From positions 34,410,001 to 34,474,000 of the forward strand of contig OZ024745.1 in the NCBI GenBank assembly GCA_964016885.1: 64,000 nucleotides of DNA, in the 5' to 3' direction. The number at the start of each line of letters is the position of its first letter. Position 1 is the first letter of the stretch. A program made the position numbers and the translations under genes. The notes under the pieces are model-generated. The model saw only the letters and a program-made list of their open reading frames with translations, had not been told where the DNA came from and made no database searches. Shown in pieces: positions 1 to 15,007 of the stretch. This stretch comes from Eledone cirrhosa. Lineage: Eukaryota.

Positions 1-2
1 CA

Positions 3-186
3 GATAACAAGGACGATTGGTTACTCCTTCATTACATTGCTAGTAGGCATTTCAAGGGGTCCGTCGAGCTGCAGATTACAGAGTCGGGTAAGATCGATAC
101 AGATCGAACCTTGAGCTGATCAGTGGCGAAACACGCGTCACCAACCAATAAATGTAATGAAGGAGTAGCCAATCGTCCTTGTTATC
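3..186. repeat. Fold-back insertion remnant: 36-bp inverted arms (3-38 / 151-186); spacer ends in an HHR 3' half
   Basis: gataacaaggacgattggttactccttcattacatt is the reverse complement of 151-186 with 1 mismatch. GAAAC-acgc-GTC at 128-139 is followed by AATAAA. Confidence 0.7.
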
Positions 187-293
187 TTTTCACTATAATA
201 TATTCTGTATAGCTCTACACCTCAACACTGAAGTGAACCTAAACATCGAGTGCTCACCCGGGTGAACCTACAGTAACCTAAGTTACACTCCCT

Positions 294-363
<70 letters not shown>

Positions 364-388
364 GTATATAAATAGATATGGATATATA

Positions 389-629
389 TAGAAGTATGTC
401 AACAACAGTTAATTCATCATTTCCGAGAACAATTGTTTCACCTTATTCCGATTATCAACTCGGTTTAAATGAGATTGTACAATCTCATTTAAACCGACCT
501 GATGATCCGAATAAGGTGAAACAATTGTTCTTTGTAATGGTGAATTAACTGTTGTGGAACTACTTCTACCAAACTCGTCCCATGGACTGAGTGCTCTACT
601 ACTACGGATATAACCCTCCAGTGTTCCAC

Positions 630-633
<4 letters not shown>
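389..633 (+). mobile_element. Family A fold-back pLTR-like mini-element in (TA)n
   Basis: Palindrome centred at 478/479 (arms ~389-478 / 479-568). The right arm extends to 633 and then (TA)n. Homologous to 21745-21949 and 60291-60504. Confidence 0.85.
494..534 (+). ncRNA. Type I hammerhead ribozyme motif (family A, partly degenerate)
   Basis: CTGATGA-tccgaataaggt-GAAAC-aatt-GTT. The opposite arm preserves stem I ccgag/ctcgg. Confidence 0.7.
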
Positions 634-708
<75 letters not shown>

Positions 709-816
709 TAGAGTTCGAAACTGCCAAAGTCCATTTCAAGGGTTGAAGGCTCTGAAGTTTAAATATGTATATATATATATATATATACTATTATATATAG
801 AGAGAGAGAGTGCGAA

Positions 817-866
<50 letters not shown>

Positions 867-1101
867 ATAGTAGATAGTTATATATAGAGATAGAGATATA
901 GACCTACAAATACATACATGCATGCATATATATTTATAGTAAGCTATGGTATCGCGAGCTATGGCTAAGTGGAAAAGATTTTTGACAATTAATTTATTTC
1001 GATTATATCTATTTGTTCTTCATTTCAAAGTTCATTTCTTTATCAGCATCTCCAAGCCGGGGGCGAAATACGTTTCTCTTGCTGATCGGAGAGAATTATT
1101 A

Positions 1102-1291
1102 TCGGAGGATTGGCAGTATCGGTAAAGGGTCGGACGCCATGCTTTGACACATAGAGTTACGGTCCTTGCCATTCTGAGTTCAAATCCGGCCGAGGTTAAC
1201 TTTGCCTTTCATCCTTTCGGGGTGGATAAAATAAAGTACCAGTAATACACTCGGTAATTGCTGGCCTTTTGCCAAATGTAGAAACAATTAT
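1102..1291 (+). mobile_element. tRNA-derived SINE with MetaSINE-like central domain
   Basis: B-box-like gagttcaaatcc, core tttgcctttcatcctttcggggtggataaaataaagtaccag and tail ctggccttttgccaaatgtagaaacaattatt. Closely similar copies at 42906 and 58689. Confidence 0.8.
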
Positions 1292-1738
1292 TATATAGTA
1301 AGCTAAGGTTCAGTAATAAACCTCTCTGACGTTTTCGCCGAAAGCTACCTAGTTGGCCTAATGGTAGCGCCAGTCCTGCATGTATAATTTCCGCAATATT
1401 CAATTTTCACGTGTCTTACAATCATCCTCTAATTGTAATATTTACGTTTTGCTTACGTCTTATGATTCTTCTACCTTTCCTTTCTTTCTTCCGTCTTTCT
1501 TATTCTCTCTGTCTATCTCTCTTTCTCTGTCTCGTTCCCCCTCTATCGCTCTTTTACGTATTTCTAGTAAATTTCACCTGTTCGATGTAGCATACATTTA
1601 CTTCAAACTCCTCCCATTTCTTTTCGAGTCTCTTATAGCAGCTGACGCTGTTGCTGCTATTGATAATGGTTGTTACTACTTCGATTCACTTAAGAACTTT
1701 TTTAATATTTGCTGAGCAACAGAGCAGAAGACAGAGTA

Positions 1739-1740
<2 letters not shown>

Positions 1741-1825
<85 letters not shown>

Positions 1826-1837
1826 GCACACGCACAC

Positions 1838-1891
<54 letters not shown>

Positions 1892-1981
1892 TCGCACACA
1901 CATACTCACACACTCACACACAGATACTCACACACACATACTCACACACACACATATATATGTATATATATATATATATAT
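1741..1981. repeat. (CA)n/(TA)n microsatellite, representative of dozens in the window
   Basis: Direct reading. Confidence 0.95.
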
Positions 1982-4477
1982 ACACCATATAATTTATAAT
2001 AAAATACTAAGTTACAAATATATGCCAACAATACCTAAATAAATAGAAATTTAATATGTATATCTAGGGCGTAGATCTCAGATAATTGAATTATTGTACA
2101 TTAAAGGATCACAAATTTATACAAATGTGTATTAATATATAATCATTTTATGCGATCACTAAGACTCATTGCCGCATAACAGCCTAGTAGAGAGGGTTCT
2201 ATGGTGTTATTGTATCTTGCAACGGGGTTTCGCGTGAGTGTATCTATACTATATAGTGGAAGATGTAGATATAGTCATGTTCTTAGTTTGGTCAGAGCAA
2301 ATTGTGTTAAAAAGAGGTTTGTCAGCTTACAAAATTGAAAAAGGAGAATAGGGTGCATAACTCGTAGGAAATGAAGCAAATCGTAGAGCTATTCAAGGCC
2401 TTAGACTAACTCTAGGGTGTTAATACCCAGGGACCGTGTCTGAATACATGCAATCACTTCTATCAAAGACAGAAGGAAGGTCACAATGATGGTTTCTAAT
2501 TTAGGCTTAAGACAAGCAATCTGAGGCGTGTAAAGAACTAAATAAGCTTGTCTCTTTAACTAATCCTCAGTTTTAAAAACAACCGATATACTGCTATCTT
2601 CCTTTGTATATGGGTCTCATTCCACATATCGGTGAATGCTGCGTTCAATTATTTTTCAGGGGCACAAAGAAATCCCAAGATGCTTTAGAATTGCACACGT
2701 TGGTTTACCTTCCTTCACACTCACACTACTGTAGCAGCTTCGTGTATAAGAGTACTTATTTTTTTACATGATGTTGCCATGTATACTGTCATTCCTCTAA
2801 ATGTGTCATATGCAAAATTCATCTACTGCAAGTCATATTGTAAAAAATGAAAGTCTCCCCAGTGTAGCTGTGTCTGTGTGAGCGCATGTGTGTGTGTGTA
2901 TGAATATGTGTGTATGTGTGTGTATATGAGTGTGTGCGTGTGTGTGTTTATGAATCTGTGTGTGGGGGAGGGGGAGAAAGAGAGAGAGAGTTTTGTTGTT
3001 GTTCTTGCCAAACATAATGGTCCAACCGTTTCCAAGAGTATTATTCTGAATAAAGATATCAACGGTTTTCCCTTTCCAAAATGTATGTATTTTACTGGAA
3101 AATTATTCTCTTAGTTTTCTTTTTCTCTTGCTGCTAAATATCCGTACAAACACATTCACATTCAATATGGTTGATTTTGTGGGCGTTCCAAGCCACCATT
3201 TTATACATGTATGTAAACAAGATCGAAAAATATATAATTTTTCTAAACAACAAGCCTTTTGTTTTTATCTGGAACTTGTATGGGCAGACATCCAATATTG
3301 ATATACTCAATGTATGAAAATAAGAAAACAAAAATAATTGTCTCATGCCATTTATACCTACTAGATTCCTGGTGTGAAGAGCGATACCAAAATGCATGTC
3401 TAAACAAACAATTAGCGAATAACAACAACAACAATAATATTTATAATTAAAATAATAATGGTGATAATGATTTCTAAAATAGACATAAGGCCAGCAATTT
3501 GGGGGAGCGAATAAAATGATTATATCGATCCCAGTTACATTATTGTATCGAACCCACAAACTACCTCACCGGGATTTAAAATCAGAACATAAAGAGACGG
3601 CACAAATACAGCAAAGCATGTGTGCTACGCGCTAACGATTCTTCTAATCGACAGCCCTACAATTATATATATAATAATTTCGTTTATTACAAGAGTTAGG
3701 TTTTCCATAAAACTACTACAGCCGTCACTCGCAATCGAGTATGACTTGATAGTATGTACTCAACTTTCGATAAAATTCTAAGTGCCCATGCAATCGTTAG
3801 TAAAATACGTATAACCTCTCGACCATTCCTCACTTGGTAACGTGGAATATCTAGGTTGAGTGAGCTGAAGAAAAGACTGCAGCAGTCCTTTATTGACCCC
3901 TACAGGCTGAACGGCAAAATGAACGTCTATGAAATTTGAGTATAGACTTTGCGAAATCGAACTCATGAGGCTTTAGATAAAACAACGTATAAGAAAATAA
4001 TTGTTTCTGATTCAGGCACAAGGCCAAAATCTTTTGGGAGAAGGGAACGTCAATAAAATAGAGCCCAAGGATGAAATGCAAAGCAAATATTAACAAGTAG
4101 ATAAATGAGAAGATATATAAAGAGAAACAAAGAAGCAATATTCAAAAGAGTGACATGAAAGAATTTCAAAAATCCATGAGTACTCTGAATATGGAGGGAA
4201 AGTCTTCATTCATAGTAGCCATTACTAAGAAGGTTATCTCCATGGTTCACTTTGAAAGAATAGCCGAGGTCAATTATCGTTGCTTGTATGTCTCATACGA
4301 TGAGCTTCTTATTTCTCTCTAGCACCGCTTCTTTTTTATGGTTATTGAATCCGCTTTGAACACCTTGCTCACATTTCTCAGCCGATAGTTGCTAACGGTC
4401 GCTCCTAACTGTTAGAGACCAATGTGTGTCAACATTCTAAACAATCTTCTATATATATCTTACTCTATCTCAGTGGA

Positions 4478-4830
4478 TGCAGCATGGCCGAATGGTTAAG
4501 GAGTTCGCTTAATATTCATTAGGTCTCGGGCTCGATGCCATTGCATGGCATCTTGTATAAGAGTCATTGCACAGATACGTGCACACGAGTCAGTCCATGC
4601 ATTGAGAGCGAAATTGTGAAGAAGAAAATTGTTTGGAATCACGTCGGAAGAACCATCTAAAATTCAAAAGAACATTCTTGTCGCACTGTGTCACGTTGTA
4701 GCACCCTGAAAATTACATTGTGTGCATGTATCTGTGGAATCCTCAGTCACTTATTCGTTTGTTTCACTAACAGTATGTGCCTTTGATAGAGCAACTGGAA
4801 TACTCATCATCGAAACTGACAGACATCTAT
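4478..4830 (+). mobile_element. Degenerate tRNA-headed SINE (second family; similar copy at ~9240-9570)
   Basis: A-box-like tggccgaatggttaag, a B-box-like segment, and a shared 3' part (gagcaactggaatactcatc...gaaactgac). Confidence 0.5.
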
Positions 4831-4999
4831 TCCATGTAACTGGTCTGATGTTAATGAAATAGAAATATCTAATTATTTGACAATCATAATAATTAATTTC
4901 TCTGAAATGTAGAATATGAAGCTTATCAATTGTTGACTGTTGAAATACTTGAAAATTACCTGACTAACATATCTAATGGTCATCAGAATTGGTCATTTT

Positions 5000-5530
5000 A
5001 ACAGGTTAGTGTAGTTCATCATTGACAGTGACAGTTTATTTCCCAGGCGCTTTACGATGAATTGCCCGGTTTGGAATTTGTCATGGATTGATTTGTCGGG
5101 GATTGGAAAATCTGGCACGCCTCCGAGTACATTATAGACAACAAAGACGAATCTTTTATTGAGGAATTGTGCAATTATCATGCAACACTATGTTCAGCAG
5201 AATTATAGTCCTGAGTTTGTCAATTAAGTTCCCGTTGTTCGGATCCATTCGCAGCAATTACGCCACTTCCTGGCCTTGGGTATTTAGCACCACGAGAGCG
5301 CGCTATAATGTGCGTCATATTCTCCCAAATAAAATAATTATGACAAATGTTGGCAAGCCCATAAACTTAGTTCTTGATATGTTTTGCTCGGACCACATTA
5401 AGGGGATTACTATGTCCGCATTTTCTATTACAAAGTTCACAATCACCCACAATATATCGTGTGACAGGTCATAACACCATTTGAGTTTCTCTACTGCTTT
5501 GAATATTTCCACAGCGGTGCTACTCGACAA
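5000..5530 (-). pseudogene. Tx1/L1-like LINE reverse transcriptase remnant
   Basis: Minus-strand translation gives NGNLIDKLRTIILLN (RPITLLN-like) followed by IAQFLNKRF...IPDKSIHDK (IPGRSIHDN-like). Stops and frameshifts are present. Confidence 0.6.
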
Positions 5531-7399
5531 AAGTGATTAATGATTTATTTATTGATCACAGAAAGTAATCATATATTTAAGTTAATGATACAAACTTGTA
5601 TAAAACTGTGATCCTTTAAGTTTTACTAATGACTCTCTAATATCTGCATTCTTGATAATTGCGTATTTGGTCAAATGTTAATGCTGGCCCTGCCCAGCTC
5701 ACCCCACTCTGAATGTTCTCAGTCTGCTATCAGTTAGAGCAGATAACTATTAAAACACTACAGTCACATCTTTTTATGTGGCAAAAAAACTAGTATAAAT
5801 AATAGTAATAGTCTTGCTATAAAGGCGCATTTATAGGACCTAGTGGTTAGGGTATTGGGTTTACATTCATAAGCATGGGTTCGATTTGTGGACCGGGTGG
5901 CACGTTGTGTTCCTGAGTAAACCCACTTCATTTCCCGTTGCTCCAATCACCTGAGACAAAAATGTGTACAACCAGCAGAAAATGCGTACCTGCAATGGAC
6001 AGGCGTCATATTCAGGGGTCAGTCATGTACTTTCAGTCTAATATCGCTAATAAATAGGAGATTATTTCCTTCCGGCTTTGATCAGGCTTTAATCCTCATA
6101 GGGTTTCAAAATGAGTGCGATTAATAAACAAGTTAGATAATACCGGTTTTAGGACCAATTAAATTGCACATGTGACAAATAAGATAAAAATGTATATCAA
6201 CATAAAAAAAATTACAAATATATGAGAAAAAAACCCAACATAATTCACTATATAAAAGGTTCGAACCGCCTACATGCTCTTGTTTACAATGTTTCTGTAT
6301 TCTGTTGAAATGTCATTAATATTTTAAAACTCTGTATGTCTTAGTTATTCTTGTTTTTACTGTTTGGCTTATCTTGCAGAATGTTCTGAACGCTGTCATT
6401 GTTTTCTGTTAAAGGGTCGCTCGTTTCCTGTTGCGTGTTTCGACTATTTCTGCATTCTAAGGGTACCCTCTCTTTTTCGTTAGGGAACAGAGACGTTTCG
6501 TACCATTGTCTTCTTAGTGGCATGCTAACTTTATGCCTGGTTTATCCAGGATCATGTTATAAAATGTTCCCTAAATTTGACGAAGAATTTAAAATGTTGA
6601 ATGTATTAGTCTTCAAAAATTTTATTTTTCAGTGATATTTGATAATAAAGCATTTTATATTAAAATCTCTTAATTACAAGTCACTTGCAAAATAATGATT
6701 TAGCCAATCATTTTTGGGCACTCATAAAGTTTAAACTGATATGACAAGTTTATGATTTTAGCATATTGTTTTCAGTTTTATCATTTTTATTTTCTGAAAC
6801 TAATCGTAATGGTATCAACTACTAATAGAAACAAATATAAAGATATATAAATAAATAAATAAATAAATAAATAGATAGATTGTTACAAAAAGGAAATGAA
6901 CCAACATTTCAAGATTGATGGAGCAAACAGTATGGCGTTGTTGATAAGGAAGATAATGTTCGATGCGAGAGGCTGATTGCGAATATAACATGGAATGAAT
7001 AAAGCTATTTTGGCGCTAAGTACAATTCATTCCATTAAAAATACCACCATTATTGTCAACAAAGAATCTAAGGCTTTGTGGTTCAGTTTTCATTCCCAGT
7101 GTGCAGCACTTTAGGCAAGTGTCTTCACGTTAACTTATAACTAGTGGATGAAATTTCAATGACGAATATTACAGAAGCATGTCGTTTATATATATATATA
7201 TATAATTCATTCCAAAAGAGGTGAGCGACGACTTCAGGAAAACGAACGAAACACGTCCATTTTTCCGTTGTCTTCGCCCACCTTGTTTTTATTATTATTT
7301 AAGAAAGATCTTAGCGATGCGGGACATTCTTTCATATTTTGCTCTCATCGGCTAAATGGTGAAGACTACCAATTTGGTTAATTATATAAATTCTTGGCA

Positions 7400-8620
7400 C
7401 TAAATTTTCCCATTAAATGGCTGAATGTCTTGACATAAGAAATCCTTAAGGGATGAATTCATAACAGAAGCACTTATTAAGTGCGCGCCATTTTTATTTG
7501 ATTTCTTTCATTATAAGAAAACTATTTCAAAACGTGTCGATAAGTTACAATTAAGCTGAAATATTGTTAAGATATATGCTAACATTGAAAATCAAATTGC
7601 AAAACACTTAAACATGTCCGACTATTTTTACTATTTTTCCTGATGAGGCTAGTAATATTACCTCATCACATCTCTTCGCTATAATTGCTCAGTGTATTCA
7701 CAGCGAATCTATTTTTCACGAGGAGTTCATTTGATTAAGTTAAATAATTTGCTTAGAAACACGCCAGGAAAAGACATAAATGTTTTAAAATGTTTAGTTA
7801 TTAAAATGCTTCGCGAAGGAAAATCCATTCGTCAAAAATATTGTCGGCCTAAATCTTGATCTTGTGAAACAATTTATAAACGCTGTTGGTCATACTTCAA
7901 GAAGATATTTGTATAAATATATATGGCTGGATGTTTGGATTATAGGTACAATACATCTGATTATAGGTACAATACATTTTCCGTCTAGGAAATTTCCTGT
8001 AAAAGGATTGAGATGTTGTGTGGTACAGACAATTGGCGTATATGCCATGCATTGTGATCGAACCAGGATCCGTGTCATTACAAAGTGAACTACTTGTCAA
8101 CTATACCTACATTTACGCTGATTATGTTAAGAAGTACATTAAGTGTATACGTGTCTGTGAAATACTCAAATAGTTACACGTTAATTCAAACGTCTGACGT
8201 TTAGATGATCAAACGATTGAACGTTCGTTGTGGAAAGCGACGGCTGATCAGTCCTGTACATAGAAGTAAGTTTTAAGGATTATGATGATGTCACGAAAGT
8301 TATGCCAAAGATAGTTAATTTTACAGCTTTCAGGACATTCTATAAACAAAACTTAAAATTATTTTAGATGAAAGTGAATCATTGGTTTACTAATGTGCAA
8401 TAACGTACGATAGTTTAGTTTTGGCCAAGTACTAGAGCACTTTGTCAGATGAAATATAATTTTCTTCATTTAGCCTCGGGTATTTTCATTTAGCCTCGGA
8501 TATTTTCCATTGCATCTGAACGAGGTTGATATTAAATTGTAAGGTTTGGAAATATCTATTGATTTGAACTTTGGCTTCAAGAGTTTTGAGAGGAAACACA
8601 ATATATTTCAACGTGATTTA
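7400..8620 (+). pseudogene. hAT (SPIN/Buster/GTF2IRD2-like) transposase remnant, interrupted by an insert at ~7870-8250
   Basis: Collinear degenerate motifs DEFITEAL, LQLS*NIV, FTIFPDEASNIT..FHEEFI, GLLMCNNVR*FSFGQVLEHF (VRWLSRG-like) and HLNEVDIKL*G. Confidence 0.7.
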
Positions 8621-10330
8621 GATAGTAACATTCTCAAATACAAAGAATCCGTATATTATGCGGTTTTCAACATACGCAGGGTTCAGCGTATGCAGTTCTG
8701 AACATACGCGGAGAAAAAATATTTGGTAAAAAATGTTTAAAGAATTCAATATTTCTTATCGACATATTACACAAAACCGTGTCACGTAATGTAAGAGAGA
8801 AAACTCTAAATCTTACCACTATCATTCTTTTCCTGGTTTTCAACCTCTAGAAAACGAGACGCTATATGTTCTCAGAAAACATCGGCGTACTTAATCTCTT
8901 TTATATGGGGATCTTGATAATACATGTTTTAGTTACATGGGGTAGGGTTGTTTAAAACAGTTGACTGCGTAAAATGCAATCCCACTATATTTCCCAGGGG
9001 TAGAGAAAAGTAAACAACTTGGACAATTCACAAACACAATTTATAGAAGTTCTACCGAGCACCATTCTTCTAGTTTTATGTCATTCAGAGAATTAACAAA
9101 ATTAAACAAATTTATAAAGCAGTCCGATGAAGCTGATTTCACAGGTGAGTTACCAAATGTATTTAAAGGTTGGATTTAAGGCTCTAGAAGTATATTTATA
9201 CGATTTCCAATCCAATACTAGTTTAAGCAAAATATATGAGTGCATGGACGAGTGGTTAAGAAATTCGTTTCGCAATTATGGAATCCTAGATTCGATCTTA
9301 CTGGATGGTGACGTCAGCATATGTATTTACTATAGCCCGGGTCACTGGAAGCTTTCTGGGTGTAATTCGGTATCCATAAGCTGTGTGGAAGTCCTTTGCA
9401 TGAATTGTACCTCTAATTCAAAGGTCTACCTTTGCCATATGATATGTCACGCTGATTCTGCCAGAAAAAATATGTTATGAGTACATATGGAATTTTTGAC
9501 AATCAACAAGGTAATTTACCTGTCAGAAGTTCAGTTGATCGAACAACTGGATGCTCATCTCAGAAACCGACGGATGTTCCATCATTTGTAAACAAAAAAT
9601 CATCACACCCTGGGCTAATCGAAATTAGAAGAAACTGATATTGTGAATAAAGATTCAGACTGAAGTTTTGAAGGTGAAATCGTGTTTCGGAAAACGTTGG
9701 TGCCCTAAATATTCATGTAATCCCCTCGGAATTAAATGATATAAAATTCAACTAGATAAATATAATAAGAGTAGGGTGAGTGTCCCTTGAAAATATTAAT
9801 TTCTTATTGAGGCACAGGGCCAGCAAATTCATCAGCCGCAATATTCAACAAGTACTTTATTATTGTTGTCCCCCATCCCAGGAAGGGTGAATTAAAAATG
9901 GACATCGGCAAGAATTGAACTCAGAATGTAAAGGTTCAGAATAAGTACAGCAACACCATTTTTTCCCAATTATCTACCTATAAAATATTAAAAGGTACAC
10001 GCTAAAAAGTTAGAGCTATCGTGTGGCGTTCGTTTTCCGTTCCTTTTATGGGTTGGACGTTCGAAGCCCACAGCTTATCACAGTTTCATAGGTGAGAAGA
10101 AGACATCTCGCAGGCCGAGATGAGAGTCCTTCGCAGGCCGAACTACCCACCCACCGCTGTTATTCATTTTTATTTGAGTAACGCGAAATGTAGTGCCTTT
10201 CTGAAAGACACGACGCGTCAATTTGTCTATACTATGTATTTCTCAAACGATATAAGGTTCATTCTCTCTCTCTCTCTTCTCTCTCTCTCCCTCTCTCCCC
10301 TCTCTCTCTCTCTCTCTCTAAACATATATC

Positions 10331-10367
<37 letters not shown>

Positions 10368-10406
10368 GCTCATATAGATAAACGCGCGCACGTACATGCC
10401 CCCCCC

Positions 10407-10463
<57 letters not shown>

Positions 10464-11938
10464 GTATCTACGTGCGTAGTGTCTACATATATCAAGTTTA
10501 TTTATGATTTGGAGCTTCTGGAACTAAGTAGACTTGATCGGCGGTGATAAAGCATACATTTACAGCTAGTTTACTGCTCGTTTATAATATGTTATGATTA
10601 GGAACGTGATAACTGTAAGAAAAAGACGGGCGTGAGTTAATATATTTTAAGATATATTAACAGGGCAACTCAATAAAAATTTCCTCAAATAGATAGTGCT
10701 ATTACTGGAGAATTTTATTTTACACAGATTCTGACTATATCAACGATACCTTTGAGAATTACATTTACATATAGATGGATTAGCATTCTGACGGTTAAAT
10801 ATGTTGCTGATGGGGACAAATTATTATGTCAACTTTGAATATTTATTCGTTTGTTGCTCAGGAAGTTATCATTACAGTTAAATTCAGCTCTATAATTGTA
10901 GAATTCGAAACTTTGCTTCACAAAATGTAAAGTCAAGATAAGGTGGGAAAGTATCTTTTTGATTGCACTAGACAAAATAGTTTCTTTATTATGGGTGTCA
11001 TGATAAAATGTACCCAGTGCACTATGCAAAGTAGTTGATTATTTAATGGTAGGACGTAGGGTAAAGGAAACTCATTAATCATGTCGTGGATTTGACAACC
11101 TCGCTTGTGTTGGTACCACGATAAAATGCACCCAGCCCACTATCTAACGTAGTTGGTACTAGGAAGGTTATCTAAATGTGGAAACCATGTCAATAGATTA
11201 TTCCGTACGAGCATGATTTGGGTCACCAAATCCGAATAGGAAGCCAGTATTTACGAACAAGGACCGACTCGGACAGTAACAAATCGTCCATTAGATGAGG
11301 GCATGGTAAGTAAGCTGATATAAAATAAGATGATGAGGATGATGGTTACTTTAATGAGGGTATTTCAGTGTATTTAGTTGAACATTTTAAATAGAATATA
11401 TTACCTATTTCTGAAAACATTGTAAAAATATTATTTAGTTGGTAGAGCAAAGTATTTGTTCCGGTTCCCTGTCCAGCCAGTTGAAATGCCGCAAATACCA
11501 AGTTTATCTTTCTTTCTATCATGGTAGATAAATACAATACTTGTCCAGGGCAGGGGATTGATTCGATTATTGAAGAATCAAGTGGGATGTTCACCTGATC
11601 CGGCTCTGTGTGTTGTGAGTTCAAATCCCGTCTACTTCAGCCAGAATATGCGAAGGAAGACCAATGGAAACATAGTTACATTTGTTCAATATGAAGGAGA
11701 GCCCCTTTCCTTTTTTTGAAACATGTGATTAATGACATCATATAATTCTAGTGATTTGTAGCACAAATTTATGATAGATGTTCCCAATTTCCTGAGAATT
11801 GTAATTAAAGATATCAGAATTGACAAGTAATAAACTCAAATATTCTTTATTATTTTATCTAACAAATATTACATTGAATTTATATATATATATTAATATA
11901 TATCACACACACGCTCACACACACACACACACACACAT

Positions 11939-12021
<83 letters not shown>

Positions 12022-12468
12022 TGCGCGTGACTGTGTGTGAGCCCGTGTACGTGTGTTTCAAAAATTAATATGCATTTATTGCAATTTATGAAAGCTTATG
12101 TCATTCATATTTCAAAATAGTTACTCTGAAATATATTAAACTTATTTCTGAAAATATATAATATATAAATTGTTGGGTATAACATGAGAGTGCATAAGAA
12201 GAGAACAGATGTACAACATATGAGCGTATTGTATGATTAAGGAATTTCAACTTAAGTCACGCTACATATAACGGTGGGCAAACGTATTCTTACTGTACTC
12301 TAACGTTGACCAATGCTTGTGAGGAAAAGTAATTGATAGAAAGTATACTGCAGTTCATCGTATATATATAATTATATTTACCTTAGAAATTTGACTTAAA
12401 TCCGGACAACTAGTGGTTTCAAGACGAAAACACATCTAAATCATACATATATATATCATATATATAAA

Positions 12469-12601
<133 letters not shown>

Positions 12602-12630
12602 TATACTGTGTATATATATATATATATATA

Positions 12631-12690
12631 TTAAAATAACAGATTAAAGTTTAAGCAAAGTATCGCTGCTTTCACCCTTAACGGATCACC
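12631..12690. repeat. Family C fragment adjoining (TA)n
   Basis: Matches 46566-46620 (ttaaaataacagattaaagtttaagcaaag...cccttaacgg). Confidence 0.75.
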
Positions 12691-12969
12691 CGTTTCAGGG
12701 CTTGGTTCAGTTTTAAAATGTTATAAAACCCATAACAATTTCATTCCGACACAATCTCATTTCACTCTGCTCTGCATTACGTGTGGCATTATATTTCTTA
12801 CTAATTCAATTGTTACCAGCTAATCAACAAGTATTTATCTGTATATAGCCTGATGTTCCTAATCACCAACGAATTCCCTTCGACTAATTTTTCAGCAAGT
12901 CACCGGACATCCTATATTTGACTACGGTGTGATTCAAACATGCATTCTTCTGAACACAGTACATTATTA

Positions 12970-13073
12970 GCCAAGGTTGACTTTGCCTTTCATCCTTACG
13001 GGGTCGATAAAATAAAGTATCAGTAATGCACTGCGTAATTGCTGGCCTTGTGCCTAAAGTAGAAACAATTATT
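12970..13073 (+). mobile_element. 5'-truncated SINE (family of 1102/58689); another fragment at 19260-19337
   Basis: Core gactttgcctttcatccttacggggtcgataaaataaagt and the same tail. Confidence 0.75.
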
Positions 13074-13089
13074 AACGTTCAATCATTTA

Positions 13090-13287
13090 CGAGAGTTGGC
13101 TGAAAAGTTCATAGGCTGACCAAGATACTCTCAAGGAATGACCAAATAAGGTTTATTTTTCAGCATATTCCCTAGAAAGAAACAATGCAGTTATTAATAA
13201 GATGAGTTGACATTAATGCATGCAAGATTTCACAGTTCTAGCATTACTTCTTCATAGTCAGCCTATGATCCTTTCAACCGACCCTCG
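13090..13287. mobile_element. Tc1/mariner-type MITE
   Basis: ~31-bp imperfect TIRs (cgagagttggctgaaaagttcataggctgac / gtcagcctatgatcctttcaaccgaccctcg) flanked by TA on both sides. Confidence 0.8.
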
Positions 13288-15007
13288 TACACCTCATCAG
13301 GTTTAAGTTACAACTACATATTCATTTATGTATACGCTGTTAAATCACAAGAACTGGCGTCAGTAATCGAATATTATGACTCCACAACAACAATATTTAC
13401 TCTTTTGATATATTAGCTGTGACGAAGAGTATAGTTAGCTTCCACTGATTCGATATGCTACGCTCACCATTAGTAATTCCCATGATTTCTGTTAAGATCT
13501 CATAAATTTTATAAAGAAATAAAGCAATCAGTCTATTAAAATATTTTATTGATGCAAGTTCTTAACTCATTAAAATATTTCCGACAGCTAACGTGATTGC
13601 ACTGTCGAAATTGTCATCCATGTTAACATTCTGACTCTTGATGTGATATTATTACTTGCCCGAGGTTAGAACTAACTAATCTACGAATGTTGGAGGAGGT
13701 CGTATTTTGCATCACTATGTAGATAATATTTCAATATCACTCTGCTACTTGAAATCAGAACAAACTGAAGCTATATTACACGCTAAATTCTATTTGTCTA
13801 TATTACTGTGTGATAAGCATGGTGTGCAGAGCTTCAGGCAGCTATACTTATACGTGATTGCTGTGTTTTTCTCTTGTTATGTATGTTAACTCTCTCTACA
13901 TTTTGTATTGCCACCAAACTATAGTATCTTGCTTAATGCATTATGTTGCTTATTTTGTGAATGTAAGTAATTTCGGTGTGACAATCGATAGTTTTCAGTT
14001 GCTAAGTTCTAAAGCTTTTCCTTCATATTCTGAAAATAAATACACGCACAAGAATATTGTTATTGTTTTGTTTTTTTGGTGACAATGAGATTAATTCGTA
14101 AAGTTTCGTGATTTGACCCAAACATCAGGTTTTACGTTCGTGATTCAGACAAGATAATGGCTTCAGTTGCTAAATAAACAAACAAATATAATAAATAATA
14201 AAAGAAACTGCCACCATGTTTGAAATACATTGATCTTATTTTAAAACTCTTCAATAGTTAGACATTCTATTATCAAATTCAAATCAGGGAAAAATGAAGA
14301 GTAATTTTCGATTTTAAATGCTTGTTTTTGTTGCATTCTAATTTCTAATCAAATAGATTTTATTGCGTGCTTGTGGTTTTCTTTGACAGGGCATTCTACT
14401 AATTTTCTGCTTGAATAATATAAATACGAAATTATAATACAATTCTTTCTCTTTTGGGTATCTCGTTCTCACTTTTTCTGCTCGGTACAGATTTAATGCA
14501 AATCCCTCGATTTCACCAGGAAAATAGTTGGTTGAAACATTGTAATGAAATAATTTTACTATATCAGTTTGTGAAAGAATTGAATTAAAAATTAATACGA
14601 AATAAATTTTAGACATCATCTTACAAGAAACTGAACTTATTATCTAAGAACTGAATTCACTACTTCATTTGTTTTGTTTTGCATAAAACGGAAATTGTTT
14701 GTTATATATAGATACTAAACTGGCGTATTGTGGTATTGTATGTAATCAAGTATAATCAGGTGTGTGTATGTGAGACATATGTGAGGTAGTGTAATGTGAT
14801 GTGAAATACACAGTGTGAATTGTATTATATATATGGAGTGCATAGATACTGAATGACTGTAGCTCCGATCAGTCACTGCTTTGTATATACATTCTTATGG
14901 TTTTGGAAGGTCATGCTCCAAATACAAAAACGAAATATACGTCTATGTATGTATGTATGTATGTATGTATGTATGTATGTATGTATGTATGTATGTATGT
15001 ATGCATG

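Noticed and set aside
1102-1200. tRNA genes at the A/B-box-like motifs
   Set aside because: No cloverleaf; these are SINE heads.
7640-7668. CTGATGA hairpin as a hammerhead
   Set aside because: No GAAA strand; the sequence encodes the PDEAS motif of the hAT remnant.
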